This document shows positions 1-8,352 of a DNA stretch of 25,018 nt, piece after piece. Position 1 is the stretch's first letter, and each line of letters begins with the position of its first letter. The DNA lies in the UHGV virus genome UHGV-1360762; one strand, given 5' to 3'. The notes beneath the pieces were generated by a model. The model had not been told where the DNA came from. It did not search any database and saw only the letters and a program-made list of their open reading frames with translations. The position numbers and the translations under genes are program-made. The DNA is from a virus.

Positions 1-23
1 TGTGACTGTTGTGTGGCAAAAAA

Positions 24-58
24 TTAGCGCAAGAGGACAAAAAATCACCTTGCGCTAA
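24..58 (-). terminator. tI/sib-like hairpin beyond attP: perfect 10-bp inverted repeat TTAGCGCAAG...CTTGCGCTAA followed on the minus strand by a T-run
   Basis: Inverted repeat at 24-33 and 49-58; reverse complement of 11-23 gives TTTTTTGCC directly 3' of the stem. Position beyond attP relative to int matches lambda sib/tI. Confidence 0.6.
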
Positions 59-300
59 TGCTCTGTTACAGGTCACTAATACCATCTAAGTGGTTGATTC
101 ATAGTGACTGGATATGTTGTGTTTTGTAGCATTATGTAGTCTATTTTTTAGACTACAGGTGCTGTAACACATTGATATTAATGGTTTTTAATGTTTCACG
201 TTCAGCTTTTTTATACTAAGTTGGCATTATAAAAAAGCATTGCTTATCAATTTGTTGCAACGAACAGGTCACTATCAGTCAAAATAAAATCATTATTTGA
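55..300. other. attP: attP attachment site, lambda type, with P arm, 15-bp core GCTTTTTTATACTAA (205-219) and P' arm
   Basis: Core and right arm read as lambda attP (GCTTTTTTATACTAAGTTGGCATTATAAAAAAGCATTGCTTATCAATTTGTTGCAACGAACAGGTCACTATCAGTCAAAATAAAATCATTATTTG). Arm-type Int sites CAGGTCACTAAT (69-80), ATAGTGACTGG (101-111), CAGGTCACTAT (266-276). Confidence 0.9.
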
Positions 301-1363
301 TTTCAATTTTGTCCCACTCCCTGCCTCTGTCATCACGATACTGTGATGCCATGGTGTCCGACTTATGCCCGAGAAGATGTTGAGCAAACTTATCGCTTAT
401 CTGCTTCTCATAGAGTCTTGCAGACAAACTGCGCAACTCGTGAAAGGTAGGCGGATCCCCTTCGAAGGAAAGACCTGATGCTTTTCGTGCGCGCATAAAA
501 TACCTTGATACTGTGCCGGATGAAAGCGGTTCACGACGAGTAGATGCAATTATGGTTTCTCCGCCAAGAATCTCTTTGCATTTATCAAGTGTTTCCTTCA
601 TTGATATCCCGAGAGCATCAACATGCAATGTTGTAGGGATGGCAATTTTTACACCTGTTTTGCTTTGCTCGACATAAAGATATCCATCTACGATATCAGA
701 CCACTTCATTTCGCATAAATCACCAACTCGCTGCCCGGTAACAACAGCCAGTTCCATTGCAAGTCTGAGCCAACATGGTGATGATTCTGCTGCTTGATAA
801 ATTTTCAGGTATTCGTCAGCCGTAAGTCTTGATCTCCTTACCTCTGATTTTGCAGCGCGAGTGGCAGCGACCGGGTTTATTGTTATATGGCCTTCAGCTA
901 TTGCCTCTCGGAATGCATCGCTCAGTGTTGATCTGATTAACTTGGCTGACGCCGCCTTGCCCTCGTCTATGTATCCATTGAGCATTGCCGCAATTTCTTT
1001 TGTGGTGATGTCTTCAAGTGGAACATCAGGTAGCCCCCTCCTTATTGCTTTAATTTTGCTCATGTAATTTATGAGTGTCTTCTGCTTGATTCCTCTGCTG
1101 GCGAGGATTTTTTCGTAGCGATCAAGCCATGAATGTAACGTAACAGAATTATCACTGTTGATTCTCGCTGTCAGAGGCTTGTGTTTGTGTCCTGAAAATA
1201 ACTCAATGTTGGCCTGTATAGCTTCAGTGATTGCGATTCGCCTGTCTCGTCCTAATCCAAACTCTTTACCCGTCCTTGGGTCCCTGTAGCAGTAATATCC
1301 ATTGTTTCTTATATAAAGGTTAGGGGGTAAATCCCGGCGCTCATGACTTCGCCTTCTTCCCAT
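293..1363 (-). CDS. int: Tyrosine integrase, lambda Int
   Basis: 356-aa ORF near-identical to recalled lambda Int (MGRRRSHERRDLPPNLYIRNNGYYCYRDPRTGKEFGLGRDRR...), adjacent to attP. Confidence 0.97.
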   Translation of the reverse strand: MGRRRSHERRDLPPNLYIRNNGYYCYRDPRTGKEFGLGRDRRIAITEAIQANIELFSGHKHKPLTARINSDNSVTLHSWLDRYEKILASRGIKQKTLINYMSKIKAIRRGLPDVPLEDITTKEIAAMLNGYIDEGKAASAKLIRSTLSDAFREAIAEGHITINPVAATRAAKSEVRRSRLTADEYLKIYQAAESSPCWLRLAMELAVVTGQRVGDLCEMKWSDIVDGYLYVEQSKTGVKIAIPTTLHVDALGISMKETLDKCKEILGGETIIASTRREPLSSGTVSRYFMRARKASGLSFEGDPPTFHELRSLSARLYEKQISDKFAQHLLGHKSDTMASQYRDDRGREWDKIEIK

Positions 1364-1559
1364 TTCTGATCCTCTTCAAAAGGCTACCTGTTACTGGTCG
1401 ATTTAAGTCAACCTTTACCGCTGATTCGTGGAACAGATACTCTCTTCCATCCTTAACCGGAGGAGGGAATATCCTGCATTCGCGCACCCATCGACGAACT
1501 GTTTCAAGGCTTCTTGGGCGTCGCTGGCGTGCGTTCCACTCCTGAAGTGTCAAGTACAT
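1341..1559 (-). CDS. xis: Excisionase, lambda Xis
   Basis: 72-aa ORF MYLTLQEWNARQRRPRSLETVRRWVRECRIFPPPVKDGREYLFHESAVKVDL... matches lambda Xis; overlaps int start as in lambda. Confidence 0.95.
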   Translation of the reverse strand: MYLTLQEWNARQRRPRSLETVRRWVRECRIFPPPVKDGREYLFHESAVKVDLNRPVTGSLLKRIRNGKKAKS

Positions 1560-1664
1560 CGCAAAGTCTCCGCAATTACACGCAAGAAAAGCCGCATTGA
1601 TGCGGCAATGGTAGGTCTGGATATCTTGAGAAATGAACGGGCCTCATCGAGTGTGAGGCTGTGG

Positions 1665-2009
1665 TTAGTCCTTGCGTAACTCGCTAATTCTTCTGTAAGT
1701 CTCTGGTGCTTTGTTTCCGTGTATCTTCATTTCAGACTTCAACAGAGCAACGAGGGAATCCCATTCGGTGAGGATGCCTTTGAATGCCGGAACGCGCTTT
1801 GCAACCTTGTCGAATGAATCTCTGATTTCTGGGATCTGCTCAACCAGTGCAACGCATCGTCGGAAATCGGCTGCGTCATGTGGAGCGCCGAAGTGATGAC
1901 CATAGATATTCTTTTTCAGTCCACATGCGATTGAGGCAAGAGTTGCGCTACTGATGCCGACATCGCCAGTCGATTGCCATTTCAAAACCTTCATAGCCAA
2001 ATCTGACAT
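1665..2009 (-). CDS. Hypothetical protein (114 aa), first accessory gene after xis
   Basis: ORF with GGAG 7 nt upstream of ATG; position equivalent to lambda ea/b2-proximal accessory genes. No family recognised. Confidence 0.6.
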   Translation of the reverse strand: MSDLAMKVLKWQSTGDVGISSATLASIACGLKKNIYGHHFGAPHDAADFRRCVALVEQIPEIRDSFDKVAKRVPAFKGILTEWDSLVALLKSEMKIHGNKAPETYRRISELRKD

Positions 2010-2023
2010 TTCTTGTCTCCAAT

Positions 2024-2047
2024 AAAAAAACCGCCATCAGGCGGTTT
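2024..2047 (-). terminator. Rho-independent terminator-like hairpin (CCGCCTGATGGCGG + T7) on the leftward strand
   Basis: Plus strand AAAAAAACCGCCATCAGGCGGTTT; on the minus strand this is a GC stem followed by TTTTTTT. Confidence 0.55.
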
Positions 2048-2204
2048 GGTGTTCTTTCAGTTCTTCAATTCGAATATTGGTTACGTCTGCATGCGCTATC
2101 TGCGCCCATATCATCCAGTGGTCATAGCAGTCATTGATGTTCTCTGCTTCGATAACTCTGTTGAATGGTTCTCCATTCCATTCACCTGTAACTCGGAAGT
2201 GCAT
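2037..2204 (-). CDS. Small hypothetical ORF (55 aa, MHFRVTGEWNGEPFNRVIEAENINDCYDHWMIWAQIAHADVTNIRIEELKEHQTA)
   Basis: Not in the supplied track (under 60 aa). GGAG 7 nt upstream of ATG; fills the 267-bp gap in a leftward operon; stop lies in the terminator stem. Confidence 0.35.
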   Translation of the reverse strand: MHFRVTGEWNGEPFNRVIEAENINDCYDHWMIWAQIAHADVTNIRIEELKEHQTA

Positions 2205-2276
2205 TTATCATCTCCATAAAACAAAACTCGCCGTAGCGAGTTCAGATAAAAGAAATCCCCGCGAGTGCGAGGATTG

Positions 2277-2561
2277 TTATTCATTGTCGATATTTACCTT
2301 TATCGCGAACACCTTTACCGGTTTATCACCGAAGTGCGGATGTGTGATTGTCTTGATTTCATATCCGTCATACGGGACGTCAATTCTGCGGCTGGAATCG
2401 TCGCGCTTCGGATATCCCTTTGTGATAATCAGGCGGTCATACTCGCGGAACATAATTCGCTTATTCCAGTAGTCATTACACAAGCGATACTCTTCCGTTT
2501 TCTCTCCGCGAATCATGGCATCGAAGTATTCACTTTTAACAGCAAGTTGCAGGTTAGCCAT
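2277..2561 (-). CDS. ASCH-like domain protein (94 aa from MANLQ...)
   Basis: GxKxxExR-type motif (GEKTEEYR) typical of ASCH/DUF3850-like folds. Start chosen at the second ATG, preceded by GGAGGTGAGGTA and overlapping the upstream stop (TAATG). Confidence 0.55.
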   Translation of the reverse strand: MANLQLAVKSEYFDAMIRGEKTEEYRLCNDYWNKRIMFREYDRLIITKGYPKRDDSSRRIDVPYDGYEIKTITHPHFGDKPVKVFAIKVNIDNE

Positions 2562-2821
2562 TACCTCACCTCCAGTCTCCATACCGCCTGACCAATCCGG
2601 CTGGCATGGGTATCTTTGGATACTGTTCCGTCTTTAGCAAGCTCCATAAGAATTTTGCGCAAATCTGCCGAACGCCATTCTTCATCAGGAAATTCCTTCT
2701 CCATTGCCAACCGCAGATTCCAGGTTGCCATCCTGAATGGATATTCCCCGCCGAGAGCTTTATCTTGCAGGGCAGCCCGGGAACGCATCACCTGCAAAAC
2801 CTTCTCTTTTACATCCATCAT
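2561..2821 (-). CDS. Hypothetical protein (86 aa from MMDVKEK...)
   Basis: Start preceded by GGAGGCGAA; ATGA overlap with the upstream gene stop. The long ORF in the track (2561..2965) overlaps the neighbouring gene, so the internal start is preferred. Confidence 0.5.
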   Translation of the reverse strand: MMDVKEKVLQVMRSRAALQDKALGGEYPFRMATWNLRLAMEKEFPDEEWRSADLRKILMELAKDGTVSKDTHASRIGQAVWRLEVR

Positions 2822-3660
2822 TTCGCCTCCTGCGGCGGTTCTGGTAGCGGCATCCAGAACAAGGCGTTCCCTAACCACGATAAAGTGCCGTCGCTCAACT
2901 CCACGTATTCCCCTTGTACCTGTCCTGCCATATACTCGCCGTGCTTTGAATAAATTAAAATCCAATCATCTTGAGGGGGCATTCGCTCACTACAGCTTAT
3001 CCAACCATCCGGAGTTACCGGAGAGTTGCCTGCCAGTCTACGCAAAACAGCCTTAACAGCCTCAATACGGTCATCATCGTAACTTTCCGCCGTATCTATG
3101 CGGTCGAGCATGATGATTGCGTTATCAATATCAGGATTGCCGGTCCACTCATTACCGCGATTGGATTCGGCAGCCTGGTTGCCGCGTACTGGTTGATTGT
3201 CGGCTTTACCCAGTCTGTCGTCGCTGCATGAATGCCCTTCCAGCCAGGCCAATGCTTGTCGCATGAAATACGCAATATGTTTGCCGTGGTAATCGTCTTC
3301 ATCGATGTGAAAAGCGATACTACGAATGTATTCAATTGCGTTTTCAATGGCCTCTAACGCTATCGGCGCTGGCGGAGTGGTATATAGTTTTCGGCATTTG
3401 TTTATCCAACCGGCATGGTCAGGCGTGTCTGTAAAGCGCAAATCGTCTTCGTAGCCCTCACGACTACGTTCTTTCCATTCCGTCCACGGAACACCGCTAT
3501 TCCAGGTGGGGCGAGTGCAGGACTGATACAGAACAGGCTCTGCTTCCAGCGATGCCAGTGCGATTTCATAAGCCCGACGCTCAATATTGTCTCGAACGTC
3601 CAGGCTGCCTATGCGCTCTTTGATTTCTTTAATTAGTTCTTTGTCGGTGAACGTTGTCAT
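2818..3660 (-). CDS. Ea22-like / DUF551-containing phage protein (280 aa)
   Basis: C-terminal region DGWISCSERMPPQDDWILIYSK...LSWLGNALFWMPLPEPP resembles the DUF551 signature of lambdoid early-left proteins. Confidence 0.6.
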   Translation of the reverse strand: MTTFTDKELIKEIKERIGSLDVRDNIERRAYEIALASLEAEPVLYQSCTRPTWNSGVPWTEWKERSREGYEDDLRFTDTPDHAGWINKCRKLYTTPPAPIALEAIENAIEYIRSIAFHIDEDDYHGKHIAYFMRQALAWLEGHSCSDDRLGKADNQPVRGNQAAESNRGNEWTGNPDIDNAIIMLDRIDTAESYDDDRIEAVKAVLRRLAGNSPVTPDGWISCSERMPPQDDWILIYSKHGEYMAGQVQGEYVELSDGTLSWLGNALFWMPLPEPPQEAK

Positions 3661-3663
3661 GTG

Positions 3664-3951
3664 TTAGTCCTCATCCACTTCAACGCCATCTTTCAGCGTG
3701 ATGCCGTGCCAATCATCAGCCCAACTGGTTAGCCCTGGCGCATCAATGCTAGGCATATAAACGCTTGCAGTGTGGTAGCCCTTATCGTTATCAATGCTGG
3801 CAACGTGCTCGCCGTTGTATGCGCTCAGCGTGTCCAGGACGCTATAAAACTTTCCTCCGGCTGCCCTGAAATCCTTTACAGCCTTCACAAGGCGATTCCA
3901 CGCTTTTTCCTGTTCTGGCGTCAGGTCGATTAATTCCTGCAAAGTTGCCAT
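3664..3951 (-). CDS. Hypothetical acidic protein (95 aa)
   Basis: ORF tightly packed in the leftward operon; no recognised family. Confidence 0.5.
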   Translation of the reverse strand: MATLQELIDLTPEQEKAWNRLVKAVKDFRAAGGKFYSVLDTLSAYNGEHVASIDNDKGYHTASVYMPSIDAPGLTSWADDWHGITLKDGVEVDED

Positions 3952-3952
3952 A

Positions 3953-4441
3953 TCACTCTCCTTTGATGCGAATGCCTGCGGCGCGGATTGCAGCGATGAC
4001 TTCAGAAACTTTGTATGCCATTACCGTTTGGTAATCATCGTGAAAATCTGTTCGATGAAGCATGCTGCTACGTTCCGGGAGCAGTATTTCCCGTGCTTCC
4101 AGTTCTGCAATGCGCTTCTCTGCGGCTTCCAGCTCAACTCTCAGCTTCCCTACCGTTAGCGCAATATCTTCGTTCTCCTGGTCGCGGCGTTTGATGTACT
4201 GCTGGTTTCTTTCCCGTTCATCCAGCAGCGCCTGCACTACTTCAGGGTTGAAAGCTGCGATATAATGGGCGTTGTTCTCTGCGTTTTTCTGTCCATCAAA
4301 GCCGGTCCATTTGATAACGTCTTCACATCGTTCATCACCGGGCGTATGCACCGCATACGTACCAGTACCAGACGAAATAAATGCGACCCATTCGCCCTGT
4401 GTTGCTAACTCACGCAGTGCCTGATAGTCAATCTTGCTCAC
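3953..4441 (-). CDS. Ead/Ea22-like family protein (162 aa)
   Basis: Segment ALLDERERNQQYIKRRDQENEDIALTVGKLRVELEAAEKRIAELE and C-terminal AGIRIKGE resemble recalled lambda Ea22; ATGA overlap with the upstream gene. Confidence 0.65.
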   Translation of the reverse strand: MSKIDYQALRELATQGEWVAFISSGTGTYAVHTPGDERCEDVIKWTGFDGQKNAENNAHYIAAFNPEVVQALLDERERNQQYIKRRDQENEDIALTVGKLRVELEAAEKRIAELEAREILLPERSSMLHRTDFHDDYQTVMAYKVSEVIAAIRAAGIRIKGE

Positions 4442-4980
4442 TGGATGACTCCTTTACGAAGCTGTTCAGCAATACTTACGCATATCTCTGCGCCTCTAAT
4501 CAGCCCCGGAACGTTCTTGTTTGGCCCAACTTCACCATCAACAAAATCAATCATCGCGTTACGAGCCATATCCACCCCCTGCGCCCGCACTTCAGACAGG
4601 AAAGCATCGGTGGCTGGCATATTTCCTGTTGCCTTCATTGCCTCCAAAATAACCAGAACGCCATCTCGCCCAACCAACTCGGAGATAACCTCAGTGTTGT
4701 CGCCAACAACATCGCAGAATGCCTGAACTGCTTTACGAGCCAGCTCACTCTCCGCCGCCAGCACCGAAAACTTCTCGTGTGCCAACTTAACAGCCGAATC
4801 AGCCTGCTTAATTGACTCAATCGCTCTCTGCTGGTCTTCGGACAGAGCTGAAATTTTGGCCTCCGCTTCAGCAAATTTACGCACCAGATATTCTGCGTTT
4901 GTTTCGTTAACCTTTAAATCACTTGGGATGCATTTACCTTTCAGAAAACCATCCATCTCAATTAGTGACATTTGTTTCAT
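4438..4980 (-). CDS. Hypothetical protein with predicted N-terminal coiled coil (180 aa)
   Basis: ORF in operon context; no recognised family. Confidence 0.5.
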   Translation of the reverse strand: MKQMSLIEMDGFLKGKCIPSDLKVNETNAEYLVRKFAEAEAKISALSEDQQRAIESIKQADSAVKLAHEKFSVLAAESELARKAVQAFCDVVGDNTEVISELVGRDGVLVILEAMKATGNMPATDAFLSEVRAQGVDMARNAMIDFVDGEVGPNKNVPGLIRGAEICVSIAEQLRKGVIQ

Positions 4981-5159
4981 TTCTTCCCACTCCGCAACAT
5001 CGCATTCAGATACTTGTTTTGATTCACTGATGGAAAAGAATTTCTCTTAAGTAATTCCTCTCTCGATGGCATTGGCTTTACGCGTTGGCGAATAATCATT
5101 TCTGCCGGAAGAATGCCGGGATTGTATGCAAGTCCTCTCATGGTAAATTCCTCAGTCAT
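4977..5159 (-). CDS. Small hypothetical protein (about 54-60 aa)
   Basis: The 104-aa track ORF overlaps the upstream gene by 140 bp. Internal starts at 5159 (MTEEF) or 5141 (MRGLAY, preceded by GAGGAA) avoid the overlap. Confidence 0.4.
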   Translation of the reverse strand: MTEEFTMRGLAYNPGILPAEMIIRQRVKPMPSREELLKRNSFPSVNQNKYLNAMLRSGKK

Positions 5160-5445
5160 TACTGATAGCGCCATAGCGTGAGCGGTAATTACGCAGGCGC
5201 GGGTCAATTTCAGGGAAGTGGGTATATGTGGCTTTGCGGAATGGTCGGATTGATGTCTGGTAAATTCGCTCGCGTTCTTCTTTCTCTGCAAGCCATATAC
5301 AGTGGCGAAATTCCTTTTCCTCTTTCGTTTCCTGCGGTAGCGACATTATCCGATCGTAGTTTTTTCTGAATTTATCCAGCACCTCCGATACGGAATTGCC
5401 GGAACAGCGGCGCGGGTCATCCGCACCATACAGAGGCGCTGGCAT
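5152..5445 (-). CDS. Hypothetical protein (97 aa)
   Basis: ORF in operon context; no recognised family. Confidence 0.5.
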   Translation of the reverse strand: MPAPLYGADDPRRCSGNSVSEVLDKFRKNYDRIMSLPQETKEEKEFRHCIWLAEKEERERIYQTSIRPFRKATYTHFPEIDPRLRNYRSRYGAISND

Positions 5446-5461
5446 GTTTTTCTCCTGTTGA

Positions 5462-6010
5462 TTATTTAGCTAACTTTTTCCAGATCGCTGAAACGTATTT
5501 GGCTTGGTGAATGGCATCATCAAGAGCGTTGTGGCGAGTTCCTTTGAATGGCATATCTCGCTTAGGGTCGAATCCTATTGCCTTCCCAAGTTCGACGATT
5601 GTTCTTACGTCGCGGTCATTCCACCACTGCCACGGAACTGGCTGCCCTGTCAGCGAATAACTGTTGCGGAGAATAACGCAGTCAAATGATGCTCCATTCC
5701 CCCAAACCTGAACGAATTTGTGGTTAGCGTTCTTTATGATGAATTCAGATAACCATGAAAGAGCCGTTGAAAGCTCCTGAGTGTTGCTGGTTAGCGATTT
5801 CCTGGCTTCTTCACTCTGTTCCAGCCACCATAAAATCGTTGAAGCGTCAGGACGCGCTCGATATCGCATTGATGATTCAAGCGAGATATTTACCGAGAAC
5901 TCTTCTCCTGTTTCTCCGGTATTCGGGTCAAAGAATACCGCCCCAATAGAAATAACTGGCGCGTATGGCCCGTTGCCCATTGTTTCAAGGTCAACCATCA
6001 AGTGATTCAT
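5462..6010 (-). CDS. DEDDh-type (DnaQ-like) 3'-5' exonuclease (182 aa)
   Basis: N-terminal DLETMG (Exo I motif) and C-terminal HNALDDA (Exo III motif with catalytic His) in a protein of typical DnaQ-like size. Confidence 0.7.
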   Translation of the reverse strand: MNHLMVDLETMGNGPYAPVISIGAVFFDPNTGETGEEFSVNISLESSMRYRARPDASTILWWLEQSEEARKSLTSNTQELSTALSWLSEFIIKNANHKFVQVWGNGASFDCVILRNSYSLTGQPVPWQWWNDRDVRTIVELGKAIGFDPKRDMPFKGTRHNALDDAIHQAKYVSAIWKKLAK

Positions 6011-6018
6011 GTAAGTCC

Positions 6019-6498
6019 TTAAATTGCGTGAATAGCGTGACGAGGGAAGGGGAGAGTTACTGGCTCCTCGTCTGGGTAGATAGGTTTGTTATGTTTGTGC
6101 CACTCGACATGACATGACTTGCAGAGCCACATCACATCGGTTGGTTTGCTGTAGTCGCAGTGGTGCGCCTGTGGTTTACATTCTGATCCGCAGCACTCAC
6201 ATTGTGGTGGTCGGATTAGCTTACCGTCGCGCAAAAAATTACCCACGATGATGTGGGCTTTTCTTTTCCATGGGTTGCTCTGAATGAACCGCTTTTTGGC
6301 TGCGTTACACCGTTCTCTGCCGCGTTCCGATGATTGATATTCTCTCCTTGCTGATACTCGATGTGGCAATCCCGCGCGCTCTTTGTCATATTCAGCCAGG
6401 CAAGCCCGGCAAGCGGCAGTTAATCCATCTCTGGATGCTCTTCTGATTTGAAAGTCCCTTTCTTCCTTCTGTTGATGGCATCTTGAGCAGATTTTCAT
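6019..6498 (-). CDS. Zinc-finger protein with C-terminal HNH-like motif (159 aa)
   Basis: Paired Cys clusters (CSRCH...CRAC; CECCGSEC...HHCDYSKP...WLCKSCHVEWH) consistent with a zinc ribbon plus HNH-like nuclease fold. Confidence 0.5.
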   Translation of the reverse strand: MKICSRCHQQKEERDFQIRRASRDGLTAACRACLAEYDKERAGLPHRVSARREYQSSERGRERCNAAKKRFIQSNPWKRKAHIIVGNFLRDGKLIRPPQCECCGSECKPQAHHCDYSKPTDVMWLCKSCHVEWHKHNKPIYPDEEPVTLPFPRHAIHAI

Positions 6499-6507
6499 AT
6501 TCAGCTC

Positions 6508-6981
6508 CTAGAACGGAATATCCGAATCGTCGAAGTTCATAGGTGGTTCGCTGTGATTTCCATGCTGCTGAGGTTGCTGTCTTTGTTGATGACCATTATT
6601 TCGCTGAGGTGAAGACTGTTCATTGCCTCCTTGCTTGCCACCAAGCATTTGCATGGTTCCACCAACGCCCACGATGACTTCGGTAGTGAACCGATCCTGT
6701 CCGCTTTGATCCTGCCATTTTCTTGTCCGCAACTTGCCTTCAAGATAAACCTCAGAGCCTTTTCGCAGATATTCGCTGGCAATTTCTGCCAGTTTCCCGC
6801 TCATTACCACGCGGTGCCACTCCGTCTGCTCCTTTTGCTCTCCAGTTTGCTTATCACGCCATTGTTCTGACGTAGCAACTGTAAGGTTTGCAAATGCCGT
6901 TCCTGATGGTGAATATCTGATTTCTGGATCATGCCCAAGGCGACCAATAATGATCACCTTATTTACGCCTCTGCTTGCCAT
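6508..6981 (-). CDS. ssb: Single-stranded DNA-binding protein
   Basis: OB-fold N-terminus ([17 protein letters not shown]...), Gly/Gln-rich linker and the canonical acidic tail DDSDIPF. Confidence 0.92.
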   Translation of the reverse strand: MASRGVNKVIIIGRLGHDPEIRYSPSGTAFANLTVATSEQWRDKQTGEQKEQTEWHRVVMSGKLAEIASEYLRKGSEVYLEGKLRTRKWQDQSGQDRFTTEVIVGVGGTMQMLGGKQGGNEQSSPQRNNGHQQRQQPQQHGNHSEPPMNFDDSDIPF

Positions 6982-7689
6982 TTATGCCGCCTGTTTTAGT
7001 TCGTTAACTCTGATGTTCATTACCTGAACGCATTTAGCCTGCGCTTCCTCGTTGCCAGCCATTAATTGCCAGTCACGCTGATAACGCTCGATGAGTTTTT
7101 TCTTGTCAGTTTCTGTTGACGCATAATCGCTGAAGTCTTTCAGGATTTGTTCGCAGTCAACCGATGGAGATTTCTGGTTGGTATTTTCTGGTGATGGTTT
7201 GTTATCTGATGCTGGGATTGCCCAGCCCGGCAGCGATGGAGGGAGCCAGTAAAATCCTGTTCCATCCTTGAGTTTTGCCCTGTGCCATCCCTGCTTTTTG
7301 TCGAGAGATGTTTGTGCGAAACCTTCCTCAAGGTTATACAGATACCGACCGATTCCCCACTGAACGGCAGCACGCTTCATTGCACCGGAACGACCACCTT
7401 TGACGGCTTCTACCTGCGTGTTTTCAGCAGCATCCCATTTGGTTACCCATTCGGAATCAATCTTGATTGATATGCCGCATTCAACTCCGCCGTTGTTGGG
7501 AATATCGCGGTATTCATTGCGCCATCCTGCTTTGCCGCAAACATCGTCCAGGCGTTTCATGATTGCCCTGTTCGTGACATAAGCCAGCACCATAGCCCAC
7601 ACCTTTCCATCGCGTGTTTTACCGCTTTGCTGTATTCGCCATTCGATATCTTCAGGGCTGAATGGCTCATCGAATTTGTTCAAATCCAT
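6982..7689 (-). CDS. Single-strand annealing protein: Rad52/Sak-like N-terminal domain with P22 Erf-like C-terminal tail
   Basis: C-terminus DFSDYASTETDKKKLIERYQRDWQLMAGNEEAQAKCVQVMNIRVNELK matches recalled P22 Erf C-terminus. N-terminal half (FSPEDIEW..., GGRSGAMKRAAVQWGIGRYLY) looks Rad52-like rather than Erf-like. Confidence 0.8.
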   Translation of the reverse strand: MDLNKFDEPFSPEDIEWRIQQSGKTRDGKVWAMVLAYVTNRAIMKRLDDVCGKAGWRNEYRDIPNNGGVECGISIKIDSEWVTKWDAAENTQVEAVKGGRSGAMKRAAVQWGIGRYLYNLEEGFAQTSLDKKQGWHRAKLKDGTGFYWLPPSLPGWAIPASDNKPSPENTNQKSPSVDCEQILKDFSDYASTETDKKKLIERYQRDWQLMAGNEEAQAKCVQVMNIRVNELKQAA

Positions 7690-7697
7690 AATTCACC

Positions 7698-7886
7698 TCA
7701 GAATGGTAATTCGGATGGGGAGGAAAGAAATTCGCGCTCATTCATGCGCTCTCTTTGTGCTTGCCATAAACAAAGTTGTTTCTTTGATTTATCTCCCGCT
7801 TTACGCCAGTAACGAGCCTCAGCAATGTGATACTCTCTTTTTAATCGACTTAACTCTGGGGTTTTCGCCAGTTCTACCGTAATCAT
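7698..7886 (-). CDS. Small hypothetical protein (62 aa from MITVELAK...)
   Basis: GGAGG 5 nt upstream of the second ATG; lies between the annealing protein gene and kil. Confidence 0.45.
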   Translation of the reverse strand: MITVELAKTPELSRLKREYHIAEARYWRKAGDKSKKQLCLWQAQRERMNEREFLSSPSELPF

Positions 7887-7996
7887 TTTGACCTCCATTT
7901 CCTGTAGGCTTCGACAGCCTCACGAAACATCTTTTCATCGCCAATAAAAGTGGCGATAGCGAATTTAGTCTGGATAGCCATAAGTGTTTTATCCAT
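7883..7996 (-). CDS. kil: Kil (host killing / FtsZ inhibitor), lambda-like
   Basis: MDKTLMAIQTKFAIATFIGDEKMFREAVEAYRKW matches recalled lambda Kil N-terminus. Confidence 0.8.
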   Translation of the reverse strand: MDKTLMAIQTKFAIATFIGDEKMFREAVEAYRKWRSK

Positions 7997-8129
7997 TTTT
8001 TGGAACTCCTGGCTGATTAAGTACGTCGATGAGTCGTTTCCATCCGTCACGTAATTTACGGGTGATTCGTTCAAGTAAAGATTCGGAAGGGCAGCCAGCA
8101 ACAGGCCACCCTGCAATGGCATATTGCAT
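7989..8129 (-). CDS. cIII: cIII (FtsH inhibitor stabilising cII), lambda-like
   Basis: MQYAIAGWPVAGCPSESLLERITRKLRDGWKRLIDVLNQPGVPKNG is near-identical to recalled lambda cIII. Confidence 0.88.
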   Translation of the reverse strand: MQYAIAGWPVAGCPSESLLERITRKLRDGWKRLIDVLNQPGVPKNG

Positions 8130-8190
8130 GGTGTACTCCTTATTTATACATAACGAAAAACGCCTCGAGTGAAGCGTTATTGGTATGCAT

Positions 8191-8218
8191 ATAAAAAGGC
8201 CCTCACACTGGAGGGCAA
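8191..8218 (-). terminator. tL1-like rho-independent terminator between ral and cIII
   Basis: GCCCTC ACACTG GAGGGC stem-loop at 8199-8217; on the minus strand it is followed by CTTTTTATATG. Confidence 0.6.
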
Positions 8219-8352
8219 AGAAGATTTCCAATAATCAGAACAAGTCGGCTCCTGTTTAGTTACGAGCGACATTGCTCCGTGTATTCACTCGTTGGAATGA
8301 ATACACAGTGCAGTGTTTATTCTGTTGTTTGTGCCAAAAATAAAGGCCACTA

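Noticed and set aside
2013-2219. Plus-strand 68-aa ORF in the gap between the 114-aa gene and the ASCH-like gene
   Set aside because: It is antisense to the leftward operon and lacks an RBS; the minus-strand 55-aa ORF with a GGAG RBS in the same gap is the more plausible reading, itself kept at low confidence.
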